Shown piece by piece: positions 19,121-29,669 of a stretch of 64,000 bases of DNA. This DNA is from Candidatus Yanofskybacteria bacterium RIFCSPHIGHO2_01_FULL_44_24 (GTDB lineage: Bacteria; Patescibacteriota; Minisyncoccia; 2-02-FULL-40-12; GWA2-44-9). The notes below the pieces were generated by a model that ran no database searches, was not told where the DNA came from, and saw nothing but the letters and a program-made list of their open reading frames with translations. Position 1 is the stretch's first letter. Every line of letters begins with the position of its first letter. The position numbers were made by a program, and so were the translations under genes. The stretch lies in the NCBI GenBank assembly GCA_001794215.1, contig MGJK01000012.1, forward strand, positions 80,818 to 144,817, read 5' to 3'.

Positions 19121-19639
19121 GTGAGGAAGACAGTTCTTTTTATCGTTGTCGCTTTAATCGTTAGTATTCCTAATATCATTTTTGCCCAGGAGCGTACCAA
19201 TCCGAATGATCAGAATCCTTCGTCCCAGGGCCAAGCCGTAAAGAGACCGCCCCAGAAACAGCCGGATAATCCTCCTCCGCCTCGGAGAGCAAATCCAAAT
19301 CAACCTTCTTCTCGCCAGCGAACGGTTCAGAATCCACCGCCTCGGCAACACGCCGTTCCGCGGCCGCCTCAGAGGCCGCAACCTCCTCAGAACCAGCAGA
19401 TTCGGCCTCAGCCTCAGCGCCGGGACAATCTGAGAGACAGTATTATGTGGGGATGGTACGGGGGCTGGAATCGGTACGATCCGCGCTACCGCAGACCATA
19501 TCCGCCGAGACCTTCAATTTGGATCTGTGTTCCGGGCCACTGGGTTCTTGATCGCTACGGATACAGGGTCTGGGTTCACGGCCGATGTAATATCCCGAAC
19601 CATCGGCACGATCTCTACTTTTATTACGGTTACCGCTAA
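19121..19639 (+). CDS. Secreted Pro/Gln-rich low-complexity protein
   Basis: GGAGG RBS with GTG start; signal peptide; WICVPGHWV...WVHG tail. Confidence 0.7.
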   Translation: MRKTVLFIVVALIVSIPNIIFAQERTNPNDQNPSSQGQAVKRPPQKQPDNPPPPRRANPNQPSSRQRTVQNPPPRQHAVPRPPQRPQPPQNQQIRPQPQRRDNLRDSIMWGWYGGWNRYDPRYRRPYPPRPSIWICVPGHWVLDRYGYRVWVHGRCNIPNHRHDLYFYYGYR

Positions 19640-19747
19640 AGTCCTATGACGGGGCTTTTTATTTTTCAGGAAGTAAATTTCTCGGCGGCTTTAAAGCATC
19701 ATCTTCATCATCTTTCCAAGTGCAGAATTTTTATATACAATTGGCTT

Positions 19748-21211
19748 ATGTCTAAACTTAAATTAACGGGTGACCATTTTTATAAATTTTTCCAGTGTCC
19801 TCATTGGATTTGGTACGATATCTACGGCGAAGCCAAAAAGAGGAGGGAAGCTCCGCCTCTGTTAGAGATGATTTATAAGGGCAAGGTTGCACAGGCTAAT
19901 CAAACTCTGGGCCAGCATAAAAAATTCGAAGAGGTTAAGCCGGAACTTTTGCGTGATTTGGACGAGGGTTTTTTGGCTACCTTAGAGCTTATGAAAAAGG
20001 GAAAAAATATATATCACGGAGTTTTGATGAGCGAAAATTGGGTCGGGATGCCGGATCTTCTTGAGGCAAGGCCCGGTAAGTCGGATCTTGGCGATTGGTA
20101 TTATGTTGTCTACGACGTTAAAAGCTCTCTCGATCTAAGCGATGAGTACAAGTTTCAGCTTATTTTTTACAGTTTGATACTTGAGCGTCTTCAGGGCGTG
20201 AGGCCGAAGGAGGCTTATGTCATAGATGCCGAAGGCACCGAAAGGGCGTTTGCGATTGATGATTATATCGATCAATTCCATCTGACTCGTCAGCAGATAG
20301 AGAAAATTCTTGACGGTGAAAAGCCCGCCCCATTTCTAAAGAGCGGCTGTAAAAGAACTCCTTGGTATTCTCTTTGTATTTCCGAGACTGAGGGCTGTGA
20401 CGACGTTTCGCTTATATACAAGATCAGCCAAGCCGATCAGAGGCGTCTTTATGAGGTGGGAGTCAAAACAGCTCACGATATGGCCGATGCCGATGTCAAC
20501 CAGCTTCAGGCTAAATTGGAAGACTGGCCTTTTGATAAAATTATCAGGTTCAGCAATCAGGCCAAGTGCCTGATAAGTCAGGAGCCCAAAATTTTAAGAA
20601 AGCCCAATTTTCCCGACGTAGCCCACGAAATTTATTTTGATATTGAGAGCGACCCCACTCGGGATATAGATTATTTGCTCGGTTTTGTTATAAAAAGTAA
20701 AACAAGCCCCGAGGAAGTTAAGTACGAGTATTTTTTTGCCAATGATAAAAGCGAAGAGCCGGAGATGTGGAGAAAGTTCTTAGATTTTTTGGCTGGCTTG
20801 GATAATTTCGTCATCTACCACTATGCGTTTTACGAAAGGCAGGTTTTCGATCGCTTAGCTCTTCGTTACGGTGCCCCCACTACATTAATAAATAAATTCA
20901 AAGATAATACGATCGACCTTCATCTCAAATTAGTTGATTCAGCCGTTCTGCCGCTGTACTTCTATGGTCTCAAAGATGTTGCCGGATACTTGGGGTATAA
21001 ATGGGATAATCCCGAGGCGGGAGGAGCGGAGTCTGTTGTCTGGTATAATGACTGGCTTGATAAAAAGGACCTGCCTGACCGGCAGGCAGGCGATGCGATC
21101 CTCAAGAAGATTTTAAAATACAACGAAGACGATGTCCGGGCCACCTTGCTGATTAAAGAATGGCTCTCTTCTCAAAAACCATCCAAGCATAAGGAGAGCT
21201 TAGACGAGTAG
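19748..21211 (+). CDS. TM0106-family RecB-like nuclease with an RNase H-like C-terminal domain
   Basis: GMPDLL, YDVKS, QLIFY, YFDIE, YGLKDVA, YNEDDVRAT. Confidence 0.9.
   Translation: MSKLKLTGDHFYKFFQCPHWIWYDIYGEAKKRREAPPLLEMIYKGKVAQANQTLGQHKKFEEVKPELLRDLDEGFLATLELMKKGKNIYHGVLMSENWVGMPDLLEARPGKSDLGDWYYVVYDVKSSLDLSDEYKFQLIFYSLILERLQGVRPKEAYVIDAEGTERAFAIDDYIDQFHLTRQQIEKILDGEKPAPFLKSGCKRTPWYSLCISETEGCDDVSLIYKISQADQRRLYEVGVKTAHDMADADVNQLQAKLEDWPFDKIIRFSNQAKCLISQEPKILRKPNFPDVAHEIYFDIESDPTRDIDYLLGFVIKSKTSPEEVKYEYFFANDKSEEPEMWRKFLDFLAGLDNFVIYHYAFYERQVFDRLALRYGAPTTLINKFKDNTIDLHLKLVDSAVLPLYFYGLKDVAGYLGYKWDNPEAGGAESVVWYNDWLDKKDLPDRQAGDAILKKILKYNEDDVRATLLIKEWLSSQKPSKHKESLDE
21070..21090. repeat. 21-bp variant of the CCTGCCTGCCGGCAGGCAGG palindrome, in frame within a CDS
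   Basis: cctgcctgaccggcaggcagg, encoding part of DLPDRQAG. Confidence 0.85.
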
Positions 21212-21300
21212 CGTCTCAGGAATATTTTAAAACCCCTCGCCTATCGGGGTTTTAAAATACTTGAATTGATATTGGTGAATATGTTAAGCTCAATAACGTT

Positions 21301-22623
21301 GTGAAAAACAATCATTACCTACTTGCAGTTATAGCGCTGGCATCGATTTTTTTGTTTTGTTTCGTCTATCCCCAAGGAATCAATCGGGGGATAGATTTTT
21401 TGAATAATAAAACTAAGATAAGCATTCCTCATTGGCCCGGGTTTTTAGATATGCCATTCAGTCTGGGGCTTGATCTTTTGGGGGGCGCCCATCTTTTATA
21501 CGAGGCGGACCTTACGCAGGTACCCGGCAGTGATAGATCGGATGCCATGCAGGGCGTTCGCGATGTAATTGAAAGAAGGGTTAATTTTTTTGGCGTAGCC
21601 GAGCCGGTTGTTCAGGTAAGCGGAAGCGATCGTTTGATAGTCGAATTAGCAGGAATAAAAGACATCAATCAGGCTATTCAGATGATAGGGGAGACTCCGT
21701 TTTTAGAATTCATGGAAGAAAAGCCGAATTTCGACGATATAGTAAATAATAAAGCCCAGTTCGAGGATCCTTTTCAGAGTACCGGCCTTGACGGGCAGCA
21801 CCTGAAGAGAGCCCAACTGATCTTTGATCCTCAAACAGGCGTTCCCGAAGTCGGTTTGGAACTTAATGAAGAGGGTACAAGGCTTTTCGCAGAAATTACA
21901 AAGAGAAATTTGGGGAAGAGGGTGGCTATTTTCTTGGACGGCTTCCCGATCAGCATCCCCGTTGTTCAAACCGAAATTTCCGATGGCCAAGCGGTTATCA
22001 GCGGCAAATTTACTCCTCAGGAAGCAAAACTTTTAGTAACGCGGCTGAATTCAGGAGCCTTGCCGGTTCCCATCAGTTTAGTATCCCAGCAGACCATCGG
22101 CGCCTCTCTTGGCAGCGAGTCATTAGCCAAAAGCCTTAAAGCCGGCGTTTACGGGCTTGTTTTCGTAGCTTTATTCATGATTCTGTTTTATCGGTTGCCG
22201 GGAGCCGTTTCGGTCTTGGCTTTAGCCATATATACCCTGATCGTTCTCGGATTTTATAAGATCATACCCGTTACGTTGACCTTGGCCGGTATCGCGGGCT
22301 TTATTTTGTCTTTAGGCATGGCAGTAGACGCCAACGTTCTCATATTTGCCAGAATGAAAGAAGAACTGAAGCTCGGCCGTTCCGTTTCCCATGCTCTTAA
22401 AGAAGGATTTTCAAGGGCTTGGCTATCTATCAGAGACAGCCATGTGACTACGCTTATCGGTGCGGCGGTGTTATATATGTTTACAACCTCAATCGTTCGG
22501 GGGTTTGCCCTTACTTTGGGGATCGGAGTCTTAACGAGTTTACTTACCGCTATCGTGATTACGCGCTCATTCCTTACTTTATTTGCCGGTCCATTTTATG
22601 AAAAAAGAAAATGGCTGTTTTAA
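21301..22623 (+). CDS. secD: Protein translocase subunit SecD
   Basis: LGLDLLGG, IGASLG, GMAVDANVLIFARMKEE, GFALTLGIG. Confidence 0.98.
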   Translation: MKNNHYLLAVIALASIFLFCFVYPQGINRGIDFLNNKTKISIPHWPGFLDMPFSLGLDLLGGAHLLYEADLTQVPGSDRSDAMQGVRDVIERRVNFFGVAEPVVQVSGSDRLIVELAGIKDINQAIQMIGETPFLEFMEEKPNFDDIVNNKAQFEDPFQSTGLDGQHLKRAQLIFDPQTGVPEVGLELNEEGTRLFAEITKRNLGKRVAIFLDGFPISIPVVQTEISDGQAVISGKFTPQEAKLLVTRLNSGALPVPISLVSQQTIGASLGSESLAKSLKAGVYGLVFVALFMILFYRLPGAVSVLALAIYTLIVLGFYKIIPVTLTLAGIAGFILSLGMAVDANVLIFARMKEELKLGRSVSHALKEGFSRAWLSIRDSHVTTLIGAAVLYMFTTSIVRGFALTLGIGVLTSLLTAIVITRSFLTLFAGPFYEKRKWLF

Positions 22624-22644
22624 TAATAGTTCTAAATATAAAAA

Positions 22645-23538
22645 ATGCATCCGGTATATAAAATAATGTTCTTCTTATCTGCGGCGCTGACCCTCGCCGC
22701 TTTGGCCGTTGTTTTATTTTTCGGTCTGAATTTCGGAGTAGATTTCAGAGGCGGCAGCGTGATGGAGGTAGAGTTTGCGGGCGGCGCGCCCTCGATACGG
22801 TCATTTACCGATGCCGTGACTAAGGTAAGCGGAGGGGCCGAAATGAATATAAATTCAAGCGGTGACAGAGGATTTATTTTGAGAACCAAGGAGCTGAACG
22901 AAGCGGAACATCAGGATCTTTTCGGCAAAATAAAGGGTTCGTTTTCAGATAATGAACTTATCGAAAGAAGGTTCGACTCCGTGGGGCCGGTGATAGGCCA
23001 GGAGCTTAAGAGCAAAAGTATTACGGCGATTGTTTTAGTTCTTTTAGGCATAGTTTTGTATATTGCTTTAGTCTTCAGAAAACTTTCAAAAACTCTTTCA
23101 CCGTGGATCATGAGCTTTTCTGTTATTGCCGCCCTTCTTCACGACATCATTATTCCGATAGGAGTTTTTTCCCTGCTTGGCAAATTTTATAATGTTGAGA
23201 TAGGAGCCGTATTCGTTGCTGCGATTTTAACTATCCTTGGATATTCCGTATCGGATTCAGTCGTAATATTTGATCGCATCAGAGAAAATATCATAAGGGG
23301 CAGCGCGAAAGAAGGCTTCGTATCCACCGTTCATAAAAGTATCATGCAGACCCTGAGCCGTTCGCTGAATACCACCTTTACGACCCTGTTGTCGCTCGTA
23401 GCCATTTATTTATTCGGAGGGGAAAGCGTCAGATATTTTGCCTTGGCGCTTATAATCGGTATATTCTTGGGAGCCTACTCATCGATCTTTGTTGCATCGC
23501 CGTTGTTGGTATGGTTTAATAATAAGGCCAAGAAATAG
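22645..23538 (+). CDS. secF: Protein translocase subunit SecF
   Basis: GVDFRGG, GYSVSDSVVIFDRIRE, GAYSSIFVASP. Confidence 0.98.
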   Translation: MHPVYKIMFFLSAALTLAALAVVLFFGLNFGVDFRGGSVMEVEFAGGAPSIRSFTDAVTKVSGGAEMNINSSGDRGFILRTKELNEAEHQDLFGKIKGSFSDNELIERRFDSVGPVIGQELKSKSITAIVLVLLGIVLYIALVFRKLSKTLSPWIMSFSVIAALLHDIIIPIGVFSLLGKFYNVEIGAVFVAAILTILGYSVSDSVVIFDRIRENIIRGSAKEGFVSTVHKSIMQTLSRSLNTTFTTLLSLVAIYLFGGESVRYFALALIIGIFLGAYSSIFVASPLLVWFNNKAKK

Positions 23539-23653
23539 ACCCATTTGACTAATTTAGACGGATTTATTAATATATTGAAGTCGCATTGACTAAAAACTAT
23601 TAAAATGCTATCGTATAAGGTGTAATTATTAGGAGGAATTACGCCTAAATAAC

Positions 23654-24715
23654 ATGCCCAACAACAACGCAGGCGCTATCGCCAAAACGGTCGTCGGTTT
23701 AGTTAAGAACCTGTCTACTCGAAACAGGGATATAATATCTCGTCGTTTTGGATTGAAAACAGGCAGAAAGGAGACTCTTGAGTCTATAGGCAAAAGCTAC
23801 GGGATTACCCGGGAAAGAGTCCGGCAGATAGAGGAGTTTTCCATGAATCAGCTTGCCAAAACCGCTAACGTCAATCCGGATGTTGCCCGGTATGTCTCTG
23901 CGGCCGAAGGCATTCTTCGGGATAACGGCGGCGCAGCCAAAGAAAGAGATCTGTTTAAGGCTTTCAGCGGAAACGATAAAGACAGCGTTGCCAATGCTTC
24001 GCTGGTCTTTTTGCTGACCCTGAATAACGAACCCGTTCGTTTTCATGAAAATGATGATTTCCACTCTTTTTGGGCGCTTAATTCTAAATTCGTAGATTAT
24101 CTCAGAAATACTTCCGCGTCGTTAGCTAACGCTATGAACAAGACCAAGAAGATAGTTCCGGCCGATCAATTCAAAGACTTTTTAAGATCAAACCATGTTT
24201 CAGGTCCTGATGGAGACGAGGTTTCCGATGGTCATGTTCAGATGCTTCTCTCTGTGAGTAAGAGCGTCTCCAAGAACATTTTCAACGAAGTCGGTCTGTC
24301 GGATTGGTCCGATATCAGGCCCAAGGGCGTCAGAGACAAGGCTTATTTGGTTTTAAAAAAAGAAAAATCACCCAAGCATTTCACCGATATCGCCAAGCTT
24401 ATAAATGTCGCCACTTTCTCAAGCAAGAAAGCCAACATTCAGACCGTCCACAACGAGCTTATTAAAGACCAGAGATTTGTTCTGGTCGGCCGAGGCATGT
24501 ATGGGTTGTCGGAATGGGGATACCAGCCGGGGACGGTTAAGGACGTTTTGGTTAGTGTTCTGAAAAATTCTTCCCAGCCTTTGCCCAGGGCCCAGCTCGT
24601 TTCCAGGGTTATGGATGCCAGGATGGTCAAAGAAAATACAGTGCTCTTAAATCTTCAAGATTCCAAAGTTTTCCTTAAAAAAGAAGACGGCACCTACGCT
24701 TTGCGTAAAGCGTAA
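23654..24715 (+). CDS. Sigma-70 region 4 HTH plus HARE-HTH (RNA polymerase delta-like) protein
   Basis: TLESIGKSYGITRERVRQIE; TVHNELIKDQRFVLVGRGMYGLSEW. Confidence 0.85.
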   Translation: MPNNNAGAIAKTVVGLVKNLSTRNRDIISRRFGLKTGRKETLESIGKSYGITRERVRQIEEFSMNQLAKTANVNPDVARYVSAAEGILRDNGGAAKERDLFKAFSGNDKDSVANASLVFLLTLNNEPVRFHENDDFHSFWALNSKFVDYLRNTSASLANAMNKTKKIVPADQFKDFLRSNHVSGPDGDEVSDGHVQMLLSVSKSVSKNIFNEVGLSDWSDIRPKGVRDKAYLVLKKEKSPKHFTDIAKLINVATFSSKKANIQTVHNELIKDQRFVLVGRGMYGLSEWGYQPGTVKDVLVSVLKNSSQPLPRAQLVSRVMDARMVKENTVLLNLQDSKVFLKKEDGTYALRKA

Positions 24716-24810
24716 TAAAAGGTTAAAAGTTAAAAAATAAAATTTAATTAAGCTACGCGTGTCGGCTACCTGAATTTTTCATTTTTCATTTTTAATTTTT
24801 AATTTCTGTT

Positions 24811-26055
24811 GTGGTTTTCTCTCTTACTCTCGATATTTTAAAAGCAGCTTTTTCTCTACTCGCCTATTTTTGGTGGCTTTATCTGCCGATTCTTTTGTTG
24901 CTGGCCGTAATCGGTGTTTTTGAATTTCATAATCAACTCAGATATTTTCAGGGACTAAAATGGGTTCTCCTGGAAATGAAATTTCCGAAGGACCTGCACC
25001 GAAGTCCCAAAGCTTTTGAGCAGGTCTTTGCCGGTCTTCACGCGATCACCATACCTATTAAATGGTGGGAGAAGATTTTTGTAGGGAAAATACCGGACTG
25101 GTTTTCTTTTGAGCTGGTCGGAGTAAGCGGAGAATCTCATTTTTATGTAAGGACTCTGGAGCAGTTTAAAAATTTGGTTGAGGCTCAGGTTTATGCCCAG
25201 TATCCCGAAGCCGAGATTGTGGTAGCTTCGGATTACATGGACGAACTGCCGACATATCTGCCGGATCATAAGTATGATCTTTGGGGTTCTGAATTGATTC
25301 TTGAGAAAGAAGATGCCTATCCGATAAGAACCTATCCTGAGTTTGAAGAAAAAGCGGTTGCGAAGGAAGATATCAGGCGCATCGACCCCTTGGCTTCGAT
25401 AGTGGAGCTAATGAGCATGCTCGAGTATGGCGAGAGGATTTTCGTTCAGTTTATCGTCCGGCCTTCCGGCGATGAGTGGGTAAAGAAGGCGGAGGCGGTA
25501 ATTGACAAGATCATGGGTAAAAAGCCCAAGGCCTCCAAGGAGAGTTTGGCCTCTAAGATAGTTTTTGGCATTGATCGAGCGATAACCGGACCGGGAGGGG
25601 GAACGGAAACTCCCAAGGAAGAGAGGCGGGCGGATCTTAGTCCCGGCAAGCAGGAGGCGCTTAAGGCGATCGAAAAGAGCATCGCCAAGATCGGTTATTA
25701 TACCGGTATCAGGTTTATGTATATAGCTCCCCGCGAATCTTATCATCGGGCTCATGTCGCGGGAATTTTGGGTACTTTCAAGCAGTTTTCTACTCATAAT
25801 TTAAACGGATTCAAGATGAACAAGCCCACCCGAACAATGACAAAGGGTTTATTCAAAAAAAGCAGAGAGTATAGAAAGAAAATGTTTTTATTCAGGAACT
25901 ATGCTACCAGGAAGAAGCCGCTCAAGGAGTTTGTTTTAAATATTGAAGAGTTAGCGACGATTTACCATTTTCCGGATGTTGGAGTGCGGGCGCCGTTATT
26001 GCCCCGCGTTGAAGCGAAAAAGGGAGAGCCGCCGGTTGGTTTGCCTACAATATAG
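24811..26055 (+). CDS. Conserved CPR membrane-anchored protein, partner of the downstream coupling ATPase
   Basis: FSFELV, VEAQVYAQYPEAEI, YPIRTY, EELATIYHFP motifs. Confidence 0.65.
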   Translation: MVFSLTLDILKAAFSLLAYFWWLYLPILLLLAVIGVFEFHNQLRYFQGLKWVLLEMKFPKDLHRSPKAFEQVFAGLHAITIPIKWWEKIFVGKIPDWFSFELVGVSGESHFYVRTLEQFKNLVEAQVYAQYPEAEIVVASDYMDELPTYLPDHKYDLWGSELILEKEDAYPIRTYPEFEEKAVAKEDIRRIDPLASIVELMSMLEYGERIFVQFIVRPSGDEWVKKAEAVIDKIMGKKPKASKESLASKIVFGIDRAITGPGGGTETPKEERRADLSPGKQEALKAIEKSIAKIGYYTGIRFMYIAPRESYHRAHVAGILGTFKQFSTHNLNGFKMNKPTRTMTKGLFKKSREYRKKMFLFRNYATRKKPLKEFVLNIEELATIYHFPDVGVRAPLLPRVEAKKGEPPVGLPTI

Positions 26056-26138
26056 GAAATGTAAAATGCAAAAATAAAAGTGCAAAATTAAGATTTTCGG
26101 AATTATTAATCTTAATCTTCGTACTTTTATGTTAACTT

Positions 26139-27929
26139 ATGCCAGACAATGACGAACAATTAATAGTACTTGGTGAAACCAACTTCAGAAACCACAGGTC
26201 TCGTTTCGGAATAAAGACCGACGATCGGAGGCGCCATATGTATGTCGTCGGTTCAACCGGCATGGGCAAGTCGGAATTTTTGAAGAATATGGCCATTCAG
26301 GACATTGAAGCCGGCCATGGCGTGGCGTTTATCGATCCTCACGGCGATCCGTCCAACGACCTTCTCGATCATATACCCGCCCATAGAATCAAAGACGTTA
26401 TTTATTTCGACCCCGGAGACTTAGAGTACCCGATTGCATTCAATGTGATGGAGGGCGTCGGTTTTGATTACCGTCATTTGGTAGCCAGCGGTTTGGTCGG
26501 AGTATTCAAAAAAATATGGGGAGTTGAGGCGTGGTCCGGAAGAATGGAATATATTCTTAACAATACCATCTTGGCTCTCTTGGAGTATCCGGATTCTACC
26601 TTATTAGGAATAAACCGGCTGATGTCGAATAAAGAATACCGCAAGAAAGTCGTTTCTTCGCTCAAGGACCCGATCGTAAAAGGGTTCTGGGTGGAGGAGT
26701 TCGCAAAGTATGCCGATAAGTTCGCCACAGAAGCTACGGCCGCCATTCAGAATAAAGTCGGTCAGTTCTCTTCCAACAATCTGATCAGGAACATCATTGG
26801 CCAGTCAAACTCCAAATTAGATATCAGGAAAATAATGGATGAGGGGAAAATCCTCATTGCCAACGTTTCGCGGGGTAAAATAGGAGAAGACGCCTCCCGT
26901 CTTTTAGGAGCCTTCTTGGTCACCAAGATCCAGTTAGCGGCTATGTCCCGGGTTGATATTCCTGAGAACAAAAGGCGCGACTTTTATCTTTATGTCGACG
27001 AATTTCAGCACTTTGCCACGGAATCATTCGCCAACATTCTTTCCGAGGCGAGAAAATTCCATTTAAGCCTGACCATGGCCCATCAGTATATCAAACAGAT
27101 GGAAGAGCCGGTCAGGGATGCCGTTTTCGGCAACGTCGGAACCATCGTGACATTCAGAGTCGGAGCGGAGGACGCTGAATTTTTAGAAAAATGGTTTGCT
27201 CCGGATTTTATGATGGCGGATATAGTGAATCTTGGAAAATACAATATATATCTCAAGCTGATGATAGACGGAATTTCATCAAAGGGTTTTTCGGCTGCCA
27301 CTCTGCCGCCTTTTCCCCCGATGGATAAGAGCAATCGGGAAGCAATCATTGATTATTCCCGAAAGAATTACGGAACGCCGCGGGCCGAGGTTGAGGCCGG
27401 TATCGCCGAATGGGCCGGGATGCTTGAGTCCAAAACCGAGCAGGCAAGAGACGACAGACCGCGCCAATTTCGCGACGACAACAGGTCGGCGCAGAGATTT
27501 GATGACAGACCGCGCGCTCCTCGCTCAAACTACGACGCAGGGAGCAGATATGATAATGGTCCCAGGGATTTTCGTCGCGACGACAGAAGCGGCGGAGGAC
27601 AGGTCCGCGATATAAACAGAGATTTTTCTATTCAACAGCGGGCGCCGGCACCTCAGAAATTTCCGGATAGGCCTCCGGTTCAGCCAAGGCAGCCTATTGC
27701 ACAGCCTATGCCCGAAAGAAAACCCGAGCCAAAATTAGAACTAAAACCGGATTTGCCCAAACCGAAACCATCCGGCCTCTCTTTGGACGAAACTTTAAAA
27801 TCCGGGCCGGTTAATTTCAGGGGCCAAAAAATAGAACCTCGACAGCCCAAAGAAAAGAAAGAGGTTGATACGGGGGAATTGAGGAAGATCTTAGAGGGAA
27901 TGGGCAAGAAGGAGGAACAGAGCGGATAA
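26139..27929 (+). CDS. VirD4/TrwB/HerA-like (type IV secretion coupling) ATPase with a low-complexity tail
   Basis: DRRRHMYVVGSTGMGKS, FIDPHGD, LYVDEFQHF, LSEARK, AHQY. Confidence 0.92.
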   Translation: MPDNDEQLIVLGETNFRNHRSRFGIKTDDRRRHMYVVGSTGMGKSEFLKNMAIQDIEAGHGVAFIDPHGDPSNDLLDHIPAHRIKDVIYFDPGDLEYPIAFNVMEGVGFDYRHLVASGLVGVFKKIWGVEAWSGRMEYILNNTILALLEYPDSTLLGINRLMSNKEYRKKVVSSLKDPIVKGFWVEEFAKYADKFATEATAAIQNKVGQFSSNNLIRNIIGQSNSKLDIRKIMDEGKILIANVSRGKIGEDASRLLGAFLVTKIQLAAMSRVDIPENKRRDFYLYVDEFQHFATESFANILSEARKFHLSLTMAHQYIKQMEEPVRDAVFGNVGTIVTFRVGAEDAEFLEKWFAPDFMMADIVNLGKYNIYLKLMIDGISSKGFSAATLPPFPPMDKSNREAIIDYSRKNYGTPRAEVEAGIAEWAGMLESKTEQARDDRPRQFRDDNRSAQRFDDRPRAPRSNYDAGSRYDNGPRDFRRDDRSGGGQVRDINRDFSIQQRAPAPQKFPDRPPVQPRQPIAQPMPERKPEPKLELKPDLPKPKPSGLSLDETLKSGPVNFRGQKIEPRQPKEKKEVDTGELRKILEGMGKKEEQSG

Positions 27930-28230
27930 TCCTTTCACCTTCGGCACGTCTCCGATTGCTCCTGCGGTAATCTCAACTATTTCTCACCCTGCCATTTCAG
28001 ATCCGAGCAAATGGCAGGGTTTCGAATGTCTCAGGTAAAAAGATTATCCGCTTTGTGGCAAGGTAGAAGCTGAGAAGTTGACCATGGCATCGAAAAACTA
28101 TTGTCGGAAACGGCGGGTTTGCCGGGGAGTGAATTTTTGAACTGTCTTGCGTCTATTGCACCTTGGGAGCCTTTCAAAAATCTACTCCTCGGTTTTAATT
28201 TTTACGGAACTGTGTTAAGTTAGGCTTATA

Positions 28231-29502
28231 ATGCCGAGCAAATATTATAAAAAATATATAAGGATTCCGCCGGGCGACAGTATTGATATCAGGAATATTT
28301 TGCCGGTTATAAACCATCCGCTTTTCCAGCGGCTTTTGCATATATCACAGCTCGGGACGACGCTGATGGTTTTTCCGGGAGCGACCCATAACCGACTTGA
28401 GCATGCCTTGGGAGTTTACGCTAAGGCGACCCGATTTTGCCGTAAGATGGCCCGGGAAGGCTTTCTGACAAAGTTTGAATCAGTTAATGTCCCGTTATTC
28501 GGGTTGCTTCATGACATAGGCCATGGCCCGTTTTCTCATGTTATCGAAGAGCTTACGCCTTTGAGTGGAGATGAAAATGAGAACGGACTTAAAGTCGTCC
28601 AGTTTTTTAAAAAAGAAATTAAAAAGGCCGGCGGCGATTACGACTTTATAATTTCTCTGTTTAAGCATAAAAATCCTTTGTATAAGATAATAATGGATAA
28701 GAACGTCGGCATGGATAAGCTTGATTATCTGGAACGGGATACTTACCATACCGGTTTTGGCCAGAGACCCGACATCGAGAGTCTTTTTAACTATTTGATT
28801 TTCTTAAAGGGCAAATTGGTAATCGATAAGAAATCTCTTGAGGCGGCCAAACAGATGCAAAGGCTCTATATATACATGTACAAAGAAGTCTATCTTCATA
28901 AGTCGGCCCTGATAAGCCAGAGGTTTTTGCAGAAGATGATTTCTTTATTCATAAAATTAGAAAAGGTTAACCCAAGAGATCTTTGGCTGATGAATGATGA
29001 GGAGCTGATGGCCAAGATCTATATCCATAACGATAAGAGGATCCAATTTCTGTACCAGTCCTATAGAAACAGGAATCTCCCAAGAACAGGATTAGTTTTC
29101 AGGATGAAAACAAGAAAATTCAGCGAGCGGGTCGCGGGAAAATCCATTAAGGTCATGGAAGAAGATGGGTCGTTTTTCGGTAAATTTTTAGAGCATTCCG
29201 AACCGGAAGACCTTGAGAATCTGGAAGAATTAGTTGGGAAGGCGCTGAAAGTGCCGGTGCATAAGATAGTGATTGTCCCGACCCTCACCCCGTGGCGTTT
29301 TGCTCCGGAAGATATCTTGTATCATGACGACGGCAGTATTCTGTCTCTAAAGAAATATTATCCAGAATATTTTAATGCGTTAAAATCCGAGCTCGGAGAC
29401 TATATGGCGGTCAGGGTCTGTATCGTCGGGAACAGGAGAGTGATCTATAAAAATGCCGCTAAGGTCCGTTCAATTATCAGGAGCTACCTTAAATCTAAAT
29501 AG
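28231..29502 (+). CDS. HD-domain phosphohydrolase (SAMHD1/YwfO-like dNTPase family)
   Basis: FQRL..ISQLG, HNRLEHALG, LLHDIGHGPFSH, DKLDYLERD. Confidence 0.93.
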   Translation: MPSKYYKKYIRIPPGDSIDIRNILPVINHPLFQRLLHISQLGTTLMVFPGATHNRLEHALGVYAKATRFCRKMAREGFLTKFESVNVPLFGLLHDIGHGPFSHVIEELTPLSGDENENGLKVVQFFKKEIKKAGGDYDFIISLFKHKNPLYKIIMDKNVGMDKLDYLERDTYHTGFGQRPDIESLFNYLIFLKGKLVIDKKSLEAAKQMQRLYIYMYKEVYLHKSALISQRFLQKMISLFIKLEKVNPRDLWLMNDEELMAKIYIHNDKRIQFLYQSYRNRNLPRTGLVFRMKTRKFSERVAGKSIKVMEEDGSFFGKFLEHSEPEDLENLEELVGKALKVPVHKIVIVPTLTPWRFAPEDILYHDDGSILSLKKYYPEYFNALKSELGDYMAVRVCIVGNRRVIYKNAAKVRSIIRSYLKSK

Positions 29503-29564
29503 TCGAGATCTAATTTGTCGATCGCTTGGTTTTGTGATATAATTTTTTTGAATTTTTACTGATT

Positions 29565-29663
29565 TATATCCGCCCTTAGCCCCGGCTTCCTGTCGGCTTC
29601 GGTAGGAAATCAAATATATCCGCCCTTAGCCCTGCCTGCCGGCAGGCAGGTCAGTTGGTAGAG
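29565..29663 (+). repeat. Two duplicated tRNA-Lys 5' fragments, the second interrupted by a 20-bp palindrome
   Basis: tatatccgcccttagc at 29565 and 29615; second continues [cctgcctgccggcaggcagg]tcagttggtagag. Confidence 0.9.
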
Positions 29664-29669
29664 ATCAAT

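Noticed and set aside
26139-27929. Conjugative element implied by the VirD4-like ATPase
   Set aside because: No relaxase, VirB4 or pilus genes nearby; this gene type is a common chromosomal CPR feature
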